Shown here piece after piece: positions 9,086 through 12,156 of a stretch of DNA of 12,156 nucleotides (position 1 is the first letter of the stretch; every line of letters starts with the position of its first letter). This DNA is from Zygnema circumcarinatum SAG 698-1b (lineage: Eukaryota > Plantae > Zygnematophyceae). A program made the translations under genes and the position numbers. Below the pieces are notes generated by a model. That model was not told where the DNA came from and made no database searches. It saw only the letters and a list, made by a program, of their open reading frames with translations. Location of the stretch: the NCBI GenBank assembly GCA_037447605.1, contig JBBHKD010000046.1:1-12156 (forward strand), written 5' to 3'.

Positions 9086-9770
9086 TCAGCGACGCAGCGT
9101 CGAACTCACGTGATAGCGGGAGGGCTTCGATGATAATCCGGTCAAGTCCACTTTCCGAGTTGTGAGGGGCGGCCCGAGAACCCCCGTGCAGCCCTGGCAG
9201 CTCTCTGGCGGCTGCGCCTCCGAGTACAAGTTGATGAGCTCCTGGCAATTGGTTAAGTTGCCCTCGGCTTCCCATGTGCTATGTTCAACCCCATAGCCCA
9301 ACCACTTCACGAGGTATTCGTGACGGGAAGATCGACCCTTTCTCACAAGACGGTGGGCTTGAATGGTTTCAACTTCATACTCAAGTTCACCTTCAAGTTC
9401 CACTGGTGGGGGAGGTGGTTGGATCCTCCCATCGCTACGGTAGACCTTTAGCAAACCCACATGAAAGACCGGATGCACCTTCATGTGGGATGGTAAATCA
9501 ACATGGCAGCATCATTGATTAACTTCCACGACCTTAAGGTCGATGAAGCGGGGCCCGCGGCTTCGATGTTCGCCATAGCTTTGGAGTCTCAAAGTTAGCG
9601 AACTTAGCAACACCTCATCGCCGTTGAAGGTAGGTTGGAATACGGTGGCTTGATGACATAGGCCTTTAGCCGCTGGCCGGGCGCTACTTCGAGGAGTCTG
9701 CCGTGCCCTATACAGCGCCTCAGACATTAGTCGGACAAAAGATCTGACTGCGGGAGGTTGAGTCCCATCA
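9086..9770 (-). pseudogene. pol: Integrase C-terminal region (GPY/F) and chromodomain (chromodomain ~9224-9382)
   Basis: PAVRSFVRLMSEALYRARQ...GDEVLLS...GPRFI..KVVEV (frameshift) MKVHPVFHVGLLK...EYEVETIQAHR...HEYLVKWLGYGVEHSTWEAEGNLTNCQELI. Confidence 0.92.
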
Positions 9771-9777
9771 GTGTTAG

Positions 9778-10735
9778 TGTTAGTGTATGATAGTTAAGCA
9801 TTACATAGTACACACTAACTTGGTTGTGGTACTCAGTCATGGAAACTACCTAGTATGAGTGTGATAGCGTGACAACTTAAAGAAGATTGAGAGTGCGCTT
9901 ATGCTTGGCGAAGTTTGGATGAACAGCGGTGGTGATCGCAATAGTAACTTGGAGCCTTGGGCTGATTGGATTTCTGGCCTTGAGAGGCGCGGGGCCGGAG
10001 TGCGCGTCGGTGGCCTGGCGACGAAGGGGCTCGGCGAATGGCGCCCATTGAGCCACTTCTTGGAGTGGGCCCTTTGGATTCAGCGTCGTGAAGAGTCGGC
10101 GGCGAGGAAAATGTTAAGAATTGCGACGAGAGCGGCGGCGCTATGCGGATAGGACGAAAATAGGTGGGGTGTAAATGCATTAGGTTTACCTGAACCCTCT
10201 GGTAGGTCGCTATTCTAGTCTTGCCCGCTTTGCGAATGCAAAGACGGCTATAAGCGGCAAATGCGTGACATATGTAAATCCTGGCACTCCCATAGTATAT
10301 AAGCGTGTGTTGTGTGTTTGGTAGGTAATCTAGTCACATCTCTCTCATTACATTACTTGACTCTTGTTGCTAGGTACGCGCCTTTCGTCGTGAGGGTAGT
10401 GAGTAAGAAGATAGGTTCAAAGGGTGGAAGTGAACTTTCATGTGGGAGAGGCATTTATTAAGGGGTTTTAGAAGTAGTGAGCTTTCTCTACACTTCTCTC
10501 GATTGATTTCAATGTGCTTGTCTACGGTGTTCATTCTGTAGTTATAGATATAGGTGGTGTGAGATAGAGCTTTGAGAGTGCAAGAGTGGAAATGTCTTCA
10601 TCGATTGGGAACCACAGTTCAGTGGAGGCTGCGAGGTGGAGCGGAGCGGCGAGATGTCCCACAGCTTCCAGCAATGCGGTCCCTCCTAGAAGCTTCGAAG
10701 GATCGGGGTTGTGGGCGCCCTTGTTCCCTGGTCCG
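9778..10735 (+). mobile_element. Copia-like solo LTR B inserted in the chromovirus integrase
   Basis: Starts TGTTAGTGTA like LTR A and shares ordered blocks with it (GTCGGTGG, GAGTCGGCGG, GCGTGACA before TATAAG, GAAGTGA..TCATGTGG, TTTTAGA..GAGCTTTCTC). Removing 9771-10735 restores the integrase frame. The terminus (CG instead of CA) and TSD (GTGTT/GTGAT) are imperfect. Confidence 0.6.
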
Positions 10736-11470
10736 GTGATCCCTTGGTTTACTTGAGGGATTTGGGGATCTTGGCCAAAGTTCAGAAAGAAAGGGGTGTG
10801 AGGTACCGCGATGGACTCACGGTAAGCATTATTATTAAGCATACTTCGGCCAGCTGGGGCTTCGTCCCACCCATCCGGGGTAGGTCCCACATATCGCAGG
10901 AGGTAATCCTCGAGGGATCATTCACCCGTTAGATGCGGCCATGGGTTTCTTGGTGGAAAATTTGTACTTTCAGCGCACAGCAGTCGACGATTTTTGAGCA
11001 CTTAGTCAAAATGGCCAGGTGAATGCGTGGATAACGGATTAGGACACAATTTCACGGCCGAAGACCATGCGGCTCCACCTTGTCGACATCTGACCGTGCT
11101 GCAATCCTGGTCGGCCAATTTGTCTTAGTAGTTGGTGCAAAATGCACCATCTTCTTCGGCCGTCGACAAAAGAGCGAAGGATAGATGTACCCAGGGTGTC
11201 ACGGGGAAGGGAAGATGCAATGATCCAAGTCCATACCCACACTATCCATTTCGAAGGAGGTGTGAGGGGTTGCGGTGGCGAGGGATCACACTGCCGGTCG
11301 CGAGGGGTTTGTTCGTTGACAAGTTGGACAAGCGAGTACATACGCTTTCACATCCCTCGAGAGTCCAGGCCACCAGAACTCTCGGAGCAGTGCCTCACGG
11401 GTTTTGGCAACTCCCATGTGACCTACGTGCAGGAGGGATCATGTAGCTCTTGAGAATGAGCTGAAATGCA
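10736..11470 (-). pseudogene. pol: Integrase HHCC zinc finger and catalytic core
   Basis: QELHD../VGHMGVAKTREALLREFWWPGLSRDVKAYVLACPTCQR, KMVHFAPT, LEDYLLRYVGP..GWDE, NNAYRES..HTPFFLNFGQDP. Multiple frameshifts. Confidence 0.9.
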
Positions 11471-11769
11471 GTCCAGAGCAGCAGGCACGACCTACTGGCG
11501 GCGTGGTACGAGAATCCGTCGCCAGGCACCACTTTGTCCTTATAGCCATTACCTTGGCCATCGAGAACGAGGTCACCGGTATACCCCTCACGGATCATGC
11601 AGCCAAAGGGTCGAGAGAGCGCGAGGGAGGAGTTGGCCCCTGCGTCAGCGGTGGAGGGATGTAATGGCTGGAGGCGAGGGGCTTCGAGGGGTTGGCGGCC
11701 CCTCACATAAATAAATTTCGTTCACCCAACACAAAGTCGACGGCGCACCATCGGGCAAGATAAGAAACG

Positions 11770-12130
11770 CACTCAGTAAGATTGCACCGCTACGTTGACC
11801 TTAGGGCGATAAACCCGCGGCGGTCAAACCTTTGGAGAACTTCAGAGACAGCGTGCTGCGCTAGAGCGAATTACGGGTTGAAGGAAACGTCGGCGAGGTG
11901 GTGGTGGTGACCCGGTGTGACACGGCTTTAAGCCCCCTCTAAAAATAGCACGCCATGTCACCGAGAGCGTGGACCAGCTACAAAAGCGGTTCATTGCATT
12001 GCGAGAATAGACTGGCTTTCCGGCGGATTCATTTCGCGACTTTCATGCGCCCGGTGACCATCTGAAATGAAGGAAGGCGGCACCCAAGGCGAATCCCGAA
12101 GCATCACAAACCACTTCATAAGGCTTGGGC
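11770..12130 (-). pseudogene. pol: Chromovirus RNase H
   Basis: PKPYEVVCDASGFALGA at ~12130-12079, then fragments of the ESRK.N, LQRFD and YRPKVNVA motifs in shifting frames. No ORF of 60 aa or more, so it is absent from the ORF track. Confidence 0.8.
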
Positions 12131-12156
12131 CGAATTATTTAAGCCAGCGAGAGTAG

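Larger units (their letters stand above)
8296..12156 (-). mobile_element. Chromovirus (Ty3/Gypsy with chromodomain integrase), 3' half, continuing past the right edge
   Basis: Minus-strand order RNase H, integrase zinc finger, core, GPY/F region, chromodomain, PPT, LTR. Confidence 0.92.

Noticed and set aside
10555-10570. TGGTGTGAGATAGAGC as a degenerate PBS making B a truncated 5' Copia end
   Set aside because: It is a poor match to TGGTATCAGAGC and is not preceded by CA. The clean in-frame rejoining of the integrase favours a solo LTR.
11630-11770. Apparent extra insertion between RNase H and integrase, with an AT-rich ATAAATAAAT patch
   Set aside because: It reads as the usual low-complexity RH-IN linker (.TRGR-type motif leading to MIREGY), and no termini or TSD are visible.

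Overview
Eukaryotic genomic DNA. A plant-type tRNA-iMet primer-binding site, CT-rich intron-like tracts, a GTGCGT splice donor and (AG)n runs suggest the green-plant lineage, perhaps a streptophyte alga; this is inference. Left end: the apparent first exon of a minus-strand secreted protein whose mature N-terminus resembles nidogen/NIDO proteins, preceded by a promoter region with 7 GTAC cores. About 3.1-12.2 kb is a four-layer nest of frameshifted LTR retrotransposons: a + strand Ty3/Gypsy (gag, protease, RT, RNase H), interrupted at 7182 by a + strand Ty1/Copia (LTR, PBS, start of gag), interrupted at 8296 by a minus-strand chromovirus (3' LTR, PPT, chromodomain, integrase, RNase H), whose integrase is split by a ~960 bp Copia-like solo LTR related to the first Copia LTR. 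No tRNA, rRNA, CRISPR array or prokaryotic system is supported. The most interesting signals are the nidogen-like exon and a CCGAC+GTAC module shared by the host promoter and the Copia LTR. All domain calls come from manual translation and remembered motifs; no searches were run.
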